64,000 nucleotides of DNA, from positions 72,193,335 to 72,257,334 of the forward strand of contig NC_057719.1 of the NCBI RefSeq assembly GCF_004010195.1, read 5' to 3'. The position numbers were made by a program, and so were the translations under genes. Position 1 is the stretch's first letter. Every line of letters starts with the position of its first letter. The stretch is from Chiloscyllium plagiosum (taxonomy: Eukaryota). Positions 27,285 to 40,136 of the stretch are shown here, piece by piece. Under the pieces are notes generated by a model that saw only the letters and a list, made by a program, of their open reading frames with translations, was not told where the DNA came from and did no database searches.

Positions 27285-27619
27285 AAAGGACAGAGGATTA
27301 AGAGATTAGTTTGACATGTCCAAATTTGAGGGGAAAGAATAGAGTAGATGAGGAATAGAGCTGTTCCCATTGACAGGGACCAAGGATCAAAAGACACCGA
27401 TCTTTGAAGTGATTGGTGAAAGATGTAACAGTGACGCATGGAAGACCACCTGTAAACATCATGGAATGCACTGCCTAGGATTATGGTGAAGATAGATTTG
27501 ATCAGAGCCTCTCAAGGGGAATTTAATAATTTTCTGAGGAGAAAAAAATTAAGGGTGTGCAAAAAGGCAGTAAATGGGATTACGTGAATTGCTCTTTTGG
27601 AGAGCCAGCTGAGAAATTT

Positions 27620-27934
27620 GGGTGGCACAGTGGTTAGCACTGTTGCCTCACAGCGCCAGAGACCCAGGTTCAATTTCTGCCTCTGGCAACTGTCTGTGTG
27701 GAGTTTGCACATTCTCTCTGTGTCTGCATGGGTTTCCTCCAGGTGCTCTGGTTTCCTTCCACAGTCCAAAGATGTGCAGGTTAGGTGAATTGGTCATGCT
27801 AAATTGCCCAGAGTGTTAGGTGAAGGGGTAAATGTAGGGGAATGGGTCTGGGTGGTTTGCTCTTCGGAGGGCCGGTGTGGACCTGTTGGGCCGAAGGGCC
27901 TGTTTCCACACCGTAAGTAATCTAAAATCTAAAA
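27620..27934 (+). mobile_element. HE1-type SINE
   Basis: A/B boxes, conserved body, TCTAA tail; flanking AAATTTGGG direct repeat. Confidence 0.88.
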
Positions 27935-28457
27935 TTTGGGCAAAATGGCTGCCTCCTACGCTGAAACCATTCTGTGATGCATTACAACAAAAATTTACAA
28001 ATAATCTAATTATTATGTTAAAATGTTTTGCACTAGATATATTCTAAATATCATCCTTTTTGCTTTTCTTTGGAAAAGCATCTCTGACCATTTGTAAATG
28101 TGCTTAAATAGATCAAAAATACATGAACTTTATAGTTTGAAATTTTTTTGACTGATCCTGGAAGAAATAATATGTTGCATAATCTTTCTTGCACTACTAG
28201 AGAGATTTCAGTCCACATCTGAAACAACACAAAATCACTTCAACTGACAAAGAATTGAACTTATTCCATTGAATTTCATACAATACTACTAAACAGTACT
28301 TGCAGAGGGTGGGCTGCAAATGTACTGGCCATGCTTACAGTGTAGGCCCAAAGGCACTTTCAGGCTACTGTACCTAAACTACTTGAAGGAATAAATGTTA
28401 ACCTTGTAGCTATTTACTTGGAATTAGCGACATCAAGACTTGGTTTTGAAAAAGAAA

Positions 28458-28790
28458 GGGCAGCATGGTGACTCTTTGGTTAGCACTGCTGCGTCACAGC
28501 ACTGAGCACCTAGGTTCAATTTCCACCTCAGGCGACTGTCTGTGTGAAGTTTGCACATTTTTCCTGTGTCAGTGTGGGTTTCCTCCGGGTACTCCGGTTT
28601 CCTCCGGATACTCCAGTTTCCTCCCACAATCTAAAGATTTGCAGGTCAGGTGAGTTGGCCATGCTAAATTGCCTATTGTGTTAAGTGCATTAGTCAGAGG
28701 GAAATGCATGCGTGTGGGTTACTCTTCAGAGGGTTGGTGTGGTCATGTTGGGCCAAATGGCCTGTTTTCACATTGTAGGGAATCTAATCC
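28458..28790 (+). mobile_element. HE1-type SINE (older subfamily)
   Basis: GGGCAGCATGGTG..TGGTTAGCACTGCTG head; internal TTTCCTCCGG duplication. Confidence 0.85.
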
Positions 28791-29598
28791 AAACAATTGT
28801 TAAGGTAGGTTCTTCTGAAAGTTCAGGGACTATATTTTTCCACATAACTTTATACATTAAACAATTTGGTTAGATCATAAGATATAGGAGAAGTAGGCCA
28901 TTCAGCCCACCAAATCTGCTCTGCAATTCAGTGAAATCATGGTTGATCTGATAATTGTCAACTCCAATTTCTTGTCTTTTCCCCATTACTCTTGATTTTC
29001 TTATTGATTGCAAATCTGTCTATACTTGAATATACTTAATGACCCAGCCTCAACAGCCCTCTGTGGTAAAGAATTCCACATATTCACTAATGCCCGAGAC
29101 AGAATTAGTTAGCCAATCCTCCAAAATCCAAAAGCATTTCATCCATTGCTTCCCTTTATCTATCCTGCTTGTTACCACTCAGAAGGGGACATCATGAAGG
29201 GGTTATAAGTATACACACCATTCTGTATTATTGCATTTAAGCAATGTATATAGTGACTGACCATGTTGCTTGGAGGGCAACCTATTACTTTGATTTCAAA
29301 AGTAATATTTCAGAATAGATATCCACCTGAATTAACTTTTCATTGATTAGTTACATATAGGATGGGAAATCTAGGCTGAAAACATACTTGTTCAAGACAA
29401 TTATCCCAAGACAATTTTGCATTTTTAAGTTGAAGAGATTCTGTTCTGCTGTGACCTACTGACTCTTTAGTGATGTGCAAATGAATCAACAGTATTCAGC
29501 TAGTTTTGATAATTGTCTGGGTGACTGGCCAAATCAATCATATAAGTGGTTCTACTGCCCTCCAGGTTCTGCAAATTAACTTACTTTCTTTTTTTCAG

Positions 29599-29843
29599 AT
29601 GGAACAACTGAAGCTATTTTTGAAGACATCTTGACATTTGTAACTGGCACAAACATCATTCCAGCAATCTGTTTTCTTCCTGACCCCTCGATTAAATTCT
29701 TGCATAGTGATGGAATAATACAGTACCGCTTTCCAACAGCACAAACATGTCTAAATTGTTTAAAACTACCCATGTCAAAAACATATGAAGAATTTAAAGG
29801 ATGTATGGATTTTGCTATCTGCAATACACCTGGCTTAAAATGA
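29599..29843 (+). CDS. G2E3: G2E3 last coding exon (HECT C-lobe with catalytic-Cys motif)
   Basis: ttttcag|AT acceptor; DGTTEAIFEDILTFVTGTNIIPAICFLPDPSIKF...FPTAQTCLNCLKLPMSKTYEEFKGCMDFAICNTPGLK*, stop TGA 29841-29843. Confidence 0.96.
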
Positions 29844-30467
29844 ATTTAACACAGTGAAGATTTTGCAGTCTTGAATGTTAGTATGTAACAATTTTCTTTA
29901 TGTCTTGGTTCTTAATGTACATTTATTTAGCAAAACGTTGCTGCAACCACATCTTATAAAGTGGGAAGAGATAATGACTGCTCTTCAGAAAGTTCTTTAT
30001 GGCTGGAGATTCATGATTTTACTGCACCATATGTGTGAGGAAAGCAGGAACAAATGAGAACTGCCATGTAAATATGCTTCTCTCCTGGCACATTGATGCA
30101 ATTCATTGTGTTAGGAGGGACACAGATATGCTTTGGCATGTTCCATTATTTTTTCATCTTCGTTTCAACAGGACTCTTTGGAAAGGAAGCTCTATCTCAG
30201 CTTGGAGACCTCTTTGCCTAGCTTGTTACAAAGTGTTGAGGCCTAGTAGCAGTCCCTGTTGTTTTTCTTTGTAAATGTGGTATAGCAATAAGAGGAACAT
30301 AATATTTTTTTAAATTTTCTTTGTTTCCCCTGGTGGTTTTATCCATAAAAAGGGATTTTGCATTTTTGTTTTCATTAGTTAATGTTAATGAGGTTATAAA
30401 ATTGCTGGATTTGTTGATTAAATGTTTTTTAACAGTCTGTTTGCATAAGAATTCCACATGTACAAGC

Positions 30468-30473
30468 AATAAA
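30468..30473 (+). terminator. Candidate G2E3 polyadenylation signal (further AATAAA at 31187, 31439 and beyond)
   Basis: First AATAAA noticed in the AT-rich 3' UTR; the site actually used cannot be determined from sequence. Confidence 0.35.
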
Positions 30474-31312
30474 TTTGTAAATTTGTCATGATAACAGTAT
30501 GTATTGTCAGCACATGGCTCAAGAATACACAATTTTTGAATACATTCAATTGAATAATTTCTGAATTTTTTAAACTTTAGAATAGAATTTTCCAAAGTAA
30601 TATTTTGAATTGCTTGAAGCACTTCAGGTTTGTCTCAAATTTACTTTCTAAATTAGAATCTTTTTGTTTCAATCTTGCTTGTACAATTTTTTTTTAATTG
30701 TATCCATTAGTTTTTCCTACTTGTTGCCTGGAAAAGTATGTACTCTATATTTTAATATTCCTAACCTTATAACTGTCACGATAGATTATACTTAAATACT
30801 TAAAATTACTTTGTATTGGTAATGCATTTAATTTGTCTTCCCAAAAAAAAGACTGTTCTAAAAGTTGTTTAGAAATTACTACAAACATAAATAAAATTAT
30901 TCAGTTGAACAAAAATGAATAAATGCTTTAACAGTATTAAGAGAATAAAAATAGCTTGGTGTTGGCAATGTAAGGGTTCATTAGGAGCCAATATTGTAAA
31001 AATGTTTGTTTTTTTTCTTGTCATTTCTGTGAAAGTCACTGCTTCATGTGTTGCACATTCTTCCTTGCACTGCATTGGCCTGTTGTATCCTATCCAATTT
31101 ATTACTAGTTGTGCTTTGATCACTGCTTTCTGGCTTTAATGAAAACAGTGATTCAATTATTGTTTTATAAATCTGTTTAGATTTGAAATAAAATTCATAT
31201 AGAATGACATTAGTCAAATCAATATTTGCACTTCTGCCAATTTTGTTTGCATCCCATAACATTTTACAATGGAAAAATATTTTGTTACTAAGTTTATATA
31301 CAACAAATTTTT

Positions 31313-31404
31313 ATTCCTGATGAAGGGCTTTTGCCCGAAACGTCGATTTTGCCTGTCCTCGGATGCTGCCTGAATTGCTGTGCTCTTCCAGCACCACTGA
31401 TCCA
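31313..31404 (+). ncRNA. Minimal type-I hammerhead ribozyme motif in a short Penelope-like insertion (family B)
   Basis: CTGATGA(31317-23)-A-GGGC TTTT GCCC-GAAA(31337-40)-C-GTC (predicted cleavage after 31344); palindromic ACGT stem III; weak stem I. Confidence 0.7.
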
Positions 31405-32900
31405 TAATTCATTATGTGTTCGAGCAAGATTTCCAGGCAATAAAATGTAACAAACAGACAATGTTTAAATAACATTCAGAAAAATATAGCAGATTCCAAA
31501 GGAAAGGAAACATTTTGTTAGAAAAGCATACCTTTCAGTACAAAGAAGACTAATGCTCATGAAGTAATTCATATCGAGGAAAATATAAAAACCATGTACA
31601 AATTAAGTATTGTATAAACAAATGCTGTTTGTGAATAAAATAAACTATTGCATTTGCACTAGCTACTTATCCTAAATAATTATCTTCTTAGTTTGCTTTT
31701 ACTGCAGAGCTATTATTAATGAATAACATATTTGAATGATGCAGAAATATTGAATTTAATTGCTCATATCACTAACATCACTGGTTATTTGTGATAATTA
31801 AACAGAACATGAAACAATTGCTAAAATATCTTGCAGTAAAATGTGAACTTCAAAATAAAATATATTGTCTAACATTGAATTTTCGATGTTCAAAGGATTC
31901 GTAGCTGATACTTTAACTTGATAATTTCCCTTTTTAACATTCATATTATGAATTTTTCTGTAATTTGTCTTTTAAAAATGTAGCTGGATAGTGTCTGTTA
32001 ATATGATCATGTTTTCACTTGTTTATGTAAATAAATGTTTTAAAATTTTTTTCCTCAAACTTCAGATTTCTTTCAACTCTTTGTTGTATGCACCCAACGA
32101 GAGCCACAATTTTGAAAGGTGGGTTTATAATACTGCAAATTTACCGCAGGAGTTTGTGGTCAACTCTTGTTAGGATCAATTCAGCAGTATATTAGTAGTT
32201 CCAAAATAGCTCAGTCAGCTTTTCTATCTATGACTGAACCTGAAAAAAGTGATTGGTTTCGCAAAGGAATACTGCACAAAGGAAATGTCAAGAATTGTTC
32301 CTAGGAGGCGCTAATCAGAATCCTGTGTCTCCAATTCTCCTGGAGAACTGACTCCAAATTTCGCATGCATGTACCAGAAGATGTCTAGTGCTTCAGTTAT
32401 TATAAACTGCATGTAATTCAAGCAGCATTACATCTTGTGAGATTACCAACTTGGTGTTGACAAAGTAATTAAATTTGTTGCTGATTAAGATTGAACCTAA
32501 ATTCTGTCGAAAAATTTGTATGGAAGTACTTCCCCACTTAGTATAAATAGCTTTGACTGATACCATCAAGGGGGATGGTTGGCTGTGCATCTACCTTAGG
32601 CATCCGACATAGTTGCAGCAGAAACCAGCATATATAAGAGATCACAATGCTTTAGTGCACTTAACTGAAGTGACCAGAAAAATAAATCTCCAAATCTTTG
32701 TTTAATTTATCCATAATCTGACATTTTATTCTGTTATGAATAGTAGATCGAACTTTTACATTTTGTGTATTATCTATGAGCTCAAAGGAGAGAGGGACCA
32801 GCAGGAGGTTGTTGTACACAGTGGAATTAATGACATAGGTAGGGAAAAGGATGATATTCTGAAAGGAGAAGATAGAAAGTTCAGCAGAAATTTATTAAGG

Positions 32901-33114
32901 AGTGAGTTTGGAGAAGATTTGTGGCTCAGGTTGAAGTTCTGGATGTAAGTTTGCTCGCTGAGCTGGAGCTTTAATTTTCAGACTAGGTGACGAAACACAA
33001 ATAGAAAGTGAGCCGTAACACCAGAGCTTCACCGGAGGTTCACTGATGATGTTACCGTGTATGGTGACGAAATGTCTGAAAACGCACCTTCCAGCTCAGC
33101 GAGCAAACTTATTC
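32901..33114. mobile_element. Penelope-like fold-back insertion with hammerhead motif (family A-related)
   Basis: Inverted arms TAAGTTTGCTCGCTGAGCTGG / CCAGCTCAGCGAGCAAACTTA; terminus is the reverse complement of 62520-62543; hammerhead at 33039-33080. Confidence 0.75.
33039..33080 (+). ncRNA. Minimal type-I hammerhead ribozyme motif
   Basis: TTCA-CTGATGA-T-GTTACC GTGTAT GGTGAC-GAAAT-GTC-TGAA: 4-bp stem I, 6-bp stem II, GUC triplet. Confidence 0.75.
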
Positions 33115-36100
33115 ATTTATAAAAGAGGTCCTTGATGGTAGTAATATCTGGATTACTCCTGATGCTATGATCTAGTGAGGGTAGGAATAGGAGGATAGAG
33201 CAAATGAATGCATGGCTGAGGAGCTGGGGCAGGGGAGAAGGGTTCATATTTTTGGATCATTGTGATCTCTTCTGGAGTAGGTGTGATTTGTACAAGAAGA
33301 ATGGATTGCACCTGAATTGGAAGGGAATAATATACTGGCAGGGAGATTTGCTAAAGCTGCTGGGGAGAATTTAAACTAGTAAGGTGGAGCTGGGATCCCA
33401 GAGAATTAGGAAAGAGATCAGTCTGAGACTGCTACAGTTGGGAAAGGGAGCAAATCAAACAGTCAAATCAGGCAGGAACAAAACAGAGGTCAAGGCAGGA
33501 CTGATAAATTAAACTGCATTTATTTCAATGCAAGTGGGCTATCAGGGAAGGCAGATGGGCATGGTTAGGAACATGGGACTGGGATATCAATAATTACAGA
33601 GACATGGCTCAGGGTGGACGGATCTGCCAGCTTAATGTACCAGGATACAAATGCTATAGGAAGGATAGAAAGGAGGGCCAAGAGAGGAGAGTGAGTGGCA
33701 TTTTTGATAAGGGACAGCATAATGGCTGTATGTAGGAGAAATTCCTCGGAGTGCATCGAGGGAAGTTACGGGTGGAACTGAGAAATAAAAAAGGGATGAT
33801 CACTTTATTGGAATTGTATTGTAGACACCCCAATAGTAAACGGGAAATTGAGAAACAAATTTGTAAGGATATCTCAGTTTTCTGTAAGAGTAATAGGATG
33901 GTTATAGTAGGGGATTTTAAATTTCCAAAACATAGACTGGGGGGACTGCCATAGTGTTATGGGTTTAGATGGAAAATATTTGTTAAGTGTCTACAAGAAC
34001 ATTTTCTGATTCAGTTTGCAGATGTACCTACCAGAGAAGGTGCAAAACTTGAGATACTCTTGGAAAATAAGGCAGGGCATGTGACTGAGGTGTCAGTCGG
34101 GGAGTACTTTGGGGCCAGCAACCATATTTCTATTAGTTTTAAAATAGTGAAGGTAAAGGATAGACCAGATCTAAAAGTTGAAGTTCTAAACTGTATGAAG
34201 ACCAATTTTGATGGTATTAGGCAAGAACTTTCAAAAGCTGATTGGGGCAGATGTTTGCAGGTAAAGAGATGGCTGGAAAATGGGAAGCCTTCAAAGATGA
34301 GATAACGGGAGTCCAGAGACAGTATATTCCTGTTAGGGTGAAAGGAAAGGCTGGTACGTGTCGGGAATGCTGGATGACTAGAGGAATTTAGGTTTTGGTT
34401 CAGAAAAAGAAGGAAGGCATAGACAGCAGAGATTGAATGAATCCTTTGAGTATAAAGGCAGTAGGAGTATACTTAAGAGGGAAATTAGGAGGGCAAAAAG
34501 GGGACATGAGATAGCTTTGGCAATTAGGATTAAGGAGAATCCAAAGGGATTCTATAAATATATTAAGGACAAAAGGGTAACTAGAGAAACAATAGGGCCC
34601 TTCAAAGATCAGCAAGGTAGCCTATGTGTGAAACCGCAGGAGATGGCGGAGATACTAAATGAGTATTTTGCATCAGTGTTTATTGTGGAAAAGGATATAG
34701 ATGATACAGAATGTGGGGAACTAGATGGTGAAAACTTGAAAAATGTCCATATTGCAGAACAGGAGGTGCTGGGTGTCTTGAAATGCATAAAAGTGGATAA
34801 ATCCCCAGCACCTGATCAGGCATTTAGTATGTTTTACTTTATTGGTCAGAGCATTGAGTATAGGAGTTGGGAGGTCATGTTGCAGCTATACAGGACATTG
34901 GTTAGGCCACTTTTGGAATATTGTGTGCAATTCTGGTCTCCCTTCTATCGAAATAATGTTGTGAAACTTGAGAGGGTTCTGAGAAGATTTACAAGGATAT
35001 TGCCAGGTTTGGAGGATTTGAGCTGTAGGGAGAGGCTGAATAGGCTGGGGCTGTTTTCCTTGAAGCATCGGAGGGGTGACCTTATAAAGGTTTATAAAAT
35101 CATGAAGGACATGGATAGGGTAAATAGACCAGGTCTTTTCCCTGGGGTGGGAGTGTCCAGAACTAGAGAACATATGTTTATGGTGAGAGGGGCAACTTTT
35201 TCACGCAGAGGGTGGTGGTTGTATGGAATGAGCTGCCAGAGGCAATGGTGGAGGCTGATACAGTTCTAAATTTAAAAGGCATCTGAATAGGTATAAAAAT
35301 AGGAAGGGTTTAGAGTGCAATTGGCCAAGTGCTGGGAAATGGAATTAGATTAGGTTAGGATATCTGGTCAGCGTGGACCATGGTCTGTTTCCATGCTGTA
35401 CATTTCTGACTATGACACTATAAATATAACTGATGTCAAACTTTTGGCTTACTTTACCCATACTAGCAAGAATGTAAATTATAGTCTGGTATTAAAAAGT
35501 ACAGCTCAAACATGTTATTTTTGATTGCAAAGCAAGTAGAAATATTTTCACAATTATCTGAAGATCCCCCCCCCCCAAATTGTTTGTGTATGCCAGATCA
35601 TTTAAATTTTTGAGATCGTTAGTCAAGTGCATGAAGGAATAAAGACAATAAGTTTAGTGACCAATCGTGTGCTAACATATTAAAGAAAAGTTACAGTTGC
35701 TGGCCATCTAATAATAAAATTCCATTTAATGAGTGCTCTTCCTGAAAGCAGGTCCTTGATTCATTGTCTGCTGATGTTTCATCCAGAGCTGTTTCTCATG
35801 GCTGTTTCTGTCCACTTTTGTGCGATTGATTTCCAATCCCTTGATCAAGGCAAGAAGGCAGGCCCCCAATCTACTTCAGCTGGAATGAGAATTAAAGTCA
35901 TGCTATCTCCATTATTCCGAATGAAAGGCTACCTATTTTGCCAACGGAGCTACCCTCCTCCCCCATTTTATCACAGCCCAATGTGCATATTTAAAGTTTC
36001 TGGATTGTGTTCACCTCTCCAATTTTTATTACTATTTGTTAAACTGTGATAGCTTAACTAAGCGATAGGTATACAGTTGACAAACCACACATAAGTCTAA

Positions 36101-36849
36101 ATATTAGTAGACCGTTTCCTTCACCATCTAATGATTACAGTGAGTTAACAACTATCAAAGTCAAATTTCAGACTTGTTAATTTCTTTTTAAAACAGAATT
36201 TAATTATCTGAAGTAAGAAGTGCAGGAGAACGAGAGAAAGAAATTTGAGGGGGGTGGAAGTAATGATTTTGAGAAGAAGTTGCTTCAATGCTTGAAGGAA
36301 CTAAATATGCATGGCAGTGGTAACTAAATGGGGAAGAGTAACTGACTGGATGTTCTTCAGGGACTTGCTGAGTCAATTGACATCCTTTTGTGGTGTAAAT
36401 AAAAATTTACGCCACCTGAGATGCAAATAACCAGAAGCAATAAAAGACCTGTCTTTTGATTTTTGGACAAAACAACTTGAGATACTTTGCTTTGTAAAAG
36501 ATGCAGTTTTGAAAAACATTCTCATGATATTGAAATCCCTGGGAATCTCATTTATTGTCCACCCCACAAGATTGAGATGAGCTTTTCATGTCCACATTTG
36601 AATGACGTATGACTTGAATGGGACCTTTTGAGGTGTTGATGTTACCATGTTCCAGCTATGTTTGCCCTCAGTAGTTTGGGGAGTGCTAGCAATAAAACTG
36701 TGGTAATCTGTACCTTTGGGTTGTACTTGCTGTACCTGTGGTGAGACAGTTGTGATATCAATGATACTCAGAGTGCTGGAGAAATTGAAATAGATAATGT
36801 TTTGATATCTAAAAGGAGGTAGACTAGGTGATGGTTTGCAAACAAAATC

Positions 36850-37195
36850 AGTAATTGCTTGAAAAACTCAACAGGTCTGGCAACATCTGTGGAGAAAAAA
36901 AGCAGAATTAATGCTTTGGGTTTAGTATCCCTTCAGAAAGGGTTGGTATACATGTTGAAAAGGGAAGGGAAGGGGAAAGGCGTAAATGATAGATGGAGAT
37001 GAAGCCCAGAGAGAAACAGTTGACCAGTCAAAAGAATGGGTAAAGGTCAGCCTGGGTGAATGAATAGCTGCTAATGGGGACTGTAAGTGGCTGATAGTAT
37101 GTTGTTCGTGCGAGCATGTTAAATTAAGTTTGTGTAAATGTTCAAAAACTGAGAAGGGATTAAAGATGGAAGTCTGAATTATCATAATATTGGAG
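36850..37195 (-). mobile_element. Penelope-like (family D) 3' fragment
   Basis: Similar to 55350-55620 (AAACTCAGCAGGTCTGGCA..., GGAGATG.AGCCCAGAGAGA). Confidence 0.65.
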
Positions 37196-37599
37196 ACTCT
37201 CTCTGGTTTGGTCAAAATGGCACTGGGGACTTGATTCCAGACATTCTGTTCCTAAACTCAACACCCATCATTTTTGTGGGAAGGGCAAGAATTGCATTTT
37301 GGATATGTGGTCCAAATGCTTTTGGAGTTCTTTGGATAAGTAGATACCTTTTTAATAGGTCTAAGGATTTCTTTTGAATATTACTAGATAGTTGAAGTAT
37401 TAGATTCTTTTGATAAAAATCTCTATCTCAAATGCACTGCTAGAACCCAAGGTGACCTTGGGCAAGTGGCAAATATATGCCAGAGAAGGGAGCAGAGCAC
37501 ATTATCAGAATGAAAATGGAATCTAATTTATTTTTATATTCATGCCACAGAGAAAGGTGAACACTGACCAACATAAAGCTAGAGTGCCAGGCCAACAGA

Positions 37600-39290
37600 T
37601 AGTATTGCAGAGCACACCAGGGAGGAAGAAGAGGACAGCCAGATTTTACTGAGAGGTAACTGTCTACTGACTGCAGAGGTCATATCTCAAAGCAAATACA
37701 GAAAGTGTATCAGGCTAGGTCAAGAAATGGCCATTGAAATTACATGGTATACCCGTGCCTTGAACCACAATTTGCCAATCCCTGTATTCAGCCAGTGGCT
37801 TTCAAGGTTAAACTGACTGAATTCAAAGACTCAGCAGAATACCTCTGCGGAATAGAGTCATAGAGTCGTGCAGCATGGAAACAGACCCGTCGGTCCAATC
37901 CGTCCATGCCGACCAGATATCCCAACCCAATCTAGTCCCACCTGCCAGCACCCGGCCCATATCCCTCCAAACCCATCCTATTCATATACCCATCCAAATG
38001 CCTCTTAAATGTTGCAATTGTACCCGCCTCCACCACATCCTCTGGTAGCTCATTCCATACACGTACCACCCTCTGCGTGAAAAAGTTGCCCCTTGGGTCT
38101 CTTTTATATCTTTCCCCTCTCACGCTAAACCTATGCCCTCTAGTTCTGGACTCCCCGACCCCAGGGAAAAGACTTTGTCTATTTATCCTATCCATGCCCC
38201 TTATAATTTTGTAAACCTCTATAAGGTCACCCCCTCAGCCTCCGACGCCCCAGGGAAAACAGCCCCAGCCTGTTCAGTCTCTCCCTGTAGCTCAGATCCT
38301 CCAACCCTGGTAACATCCTTGTAAATCTTTTCTGAACCCTTTCAAGTTTCACAACATCTTTCCGATAGGAAGGAGATCAGAATTGCACGCAATATTCCAA
38401 CAGTGGCCTAACCAATGTCCTGTACAGCCGCAACATGACCTCCCAACACCTGTACTCAATATTCTGACCAATAAAGGAAAGCATACCAAACGCCCTCTTC
38501 ACTATCCTATCTACCTGCGACTCCACTTTCAAAGAGCTATGAACCTACACTCCAAGGTCTCTTTGTTCAGCAATACTCCCTAGGACCTTACCATTAAGTG
38601 TATAAGTCCTGCTAAGATTTGCTTTCCCAAAATGCAGCACCTCGCAACCGCACCTAGACTGTCACCGATAGCCTCTTTAACTTTCCACAGGGTTTGATGT
38701 CTGGACAATTAGCATGCTTCATGCCAGCAGAGGGGGTTGTTGACTACAGCCACATCCTCAGAAAATCTCAATTCTTCAACGTGAACTTGAAAGTCGTCCA
38801 ACTCTCTGAATTACATAAAGCGCGAGACTGCAGCAAACTTTCTTCACGTGTATATATTCACTGGTAGCCACCCTAACTCATTTATCTTGAGTTCATAACT
38901 GCCTCAGATTTATCAAACACAAACACTGTTGTGTGGCTTGTTTTCTGGGAATGAGGGGTAGCCCTGAAGAAGGTGGTTATTGATCTTCTTAAGGCAGTCT
39001 TCCAAATGGAACTTTAACATTAGGCCTGTGCTAAGCTGGAGTGCAATAGATCAGGTATGTGACCACTCAGGCAGAGCCCTACAAGCAAGGGTGGTCTCAG
39101 CAGTGAATTCTCGTGCTGTGCTTTATGCTATATAATATTGTGCAACTGAGGGCCTACACCTAAAAAGGAAAGATGCTAGGCTTGAGAGCTGCAACATCTG
39201 AAGAGGAGGAAGCTTTTCTCTCACACAGGGATCTGATAATGGAGGAGGAAGAAGGAGACAAAGCATATGAAGGACAAGCCATAGCTATTT
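37600..39290 (+). mobile_element. Decayed PIF/Harbinger transposase remnants, split by a CR1 insertion
   Basis: Scattered motif remnants in Harbinger order: VAFKV, GVVDYSH (GxIDCTH), HVYIFTGSHPNSFIL (HVxARxPGSxHDxFIL), IDLLK, CNRSG, CCAL..NIV, then an acidic tail. Confidence 0.5.
37853..38645 (-). mobile_element. Young CR1 (HER1-like) LINE 3' fragment
   Basis: MDRINRQSLFPGVGESRTRGHRFSVRG...FFTQRVVRVWNELP; many CpGs retained; GACTCTAT tail. Confidence 0.92.
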
Positions 39291-39830
39291 CTTTGCAAGA
39301 GAATAAATATTTTATTCTGTAGAATAAAATTCTGTAGTTATTCTGGAGAATAAACTGTAGAATGGCTCTCCTCAATATGGGAGGAAAAACAATATCAAAG
39401 AATATAAGTTCCTAATATTACTAGGGCTGAAACCATCAATGTCATAACCATTAGCCTTATATTTTAGCAGCATCACCTCCACTATTAGCATCACAACAAA
39501 GTGCCTTTACCACCATCTTTCTCACTTTTTCTTTATTTTTGATGACTATTTACTAAACATTCCTAATTGCTTGTACTCTCAGAGCTCCAGCCCCGATGTG
39601 AGTCATCTGTCTGGTATTCTGGCCTCTCTTAAACTGCAAACATGAAGTAAGGTTGACCTTATAAGCAGCCATCTGTCATGTATGCACCTACAGAACTAGC
39701 TTAGTCACACATACCTCCATGCTCCACCAGAAGTCTACCTCATATGCTGCAGCATTCAGATGTGTACCATGAGTTCACCCTCTGTGTGCTTGTGCCAAAC
39801 AACTCACCTTGCCAGAATGCATCAGGTCAT

Positions 39831-40136
39831 GATTAGATTAGATTAGATTACTTACAGTGTGGAAACAGGCCCTTCGGCTCAACAAGTCCAAACCGCCCCG
39901 CCGAAGCGCAACCCACCCATAACCCCTTACCTAACACTACGGGCAATTTAGCATGGCCAATTCACCTGACCTGCACATCTTTGGACTGTGGGAGGAAACC
40001 GGAGCACCCGGAGGAAACCCACGCAGACACAGGGAGAACGTGCAAACTCCACACAGTCAGTCACCTGAGGCGGGAATTGAACCCGGTCTCTGGCGTGTGA
40101 GGCAGCAGTGCTAACCACTGTGCCACCGTGCCGCCC
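39831..40136 (-). mobile_element. HE1-type SINE
   Basis: Near-identical to 821-1136, with (TCTAA)n tail. Confidence 0.92.

Larger units (their letters stand above)
32778..35420 (+). mobile_element. CR1 LINE with ORF1 SGNH-esterase, endonuclease and 3' end; RT core deleted at about 34818; interrupted by a Penelope-like insert
   Basis: VVVHSGINDIG, NGLHLNWKG, CIYFNA, ITETWL, VGDF, RIKENPKGFYKY, KSPAPDQ joined directly to AF..IGQSIEYRSWEVMLQLYRTLVRPLLEYCVQFWSP. Confidence 0.88.

Noticed and set aside
30218..30622. 134-aa antisense ORF in the G2E3 3' UTR
   Set aside because: AT-rich low-complexity translation with no recognisable homology
34433..35269. 278-aa ORF
   Set aside because: In-frame fusion of two CR1 ORF2 segments across a deletion, with no RT catalytic core
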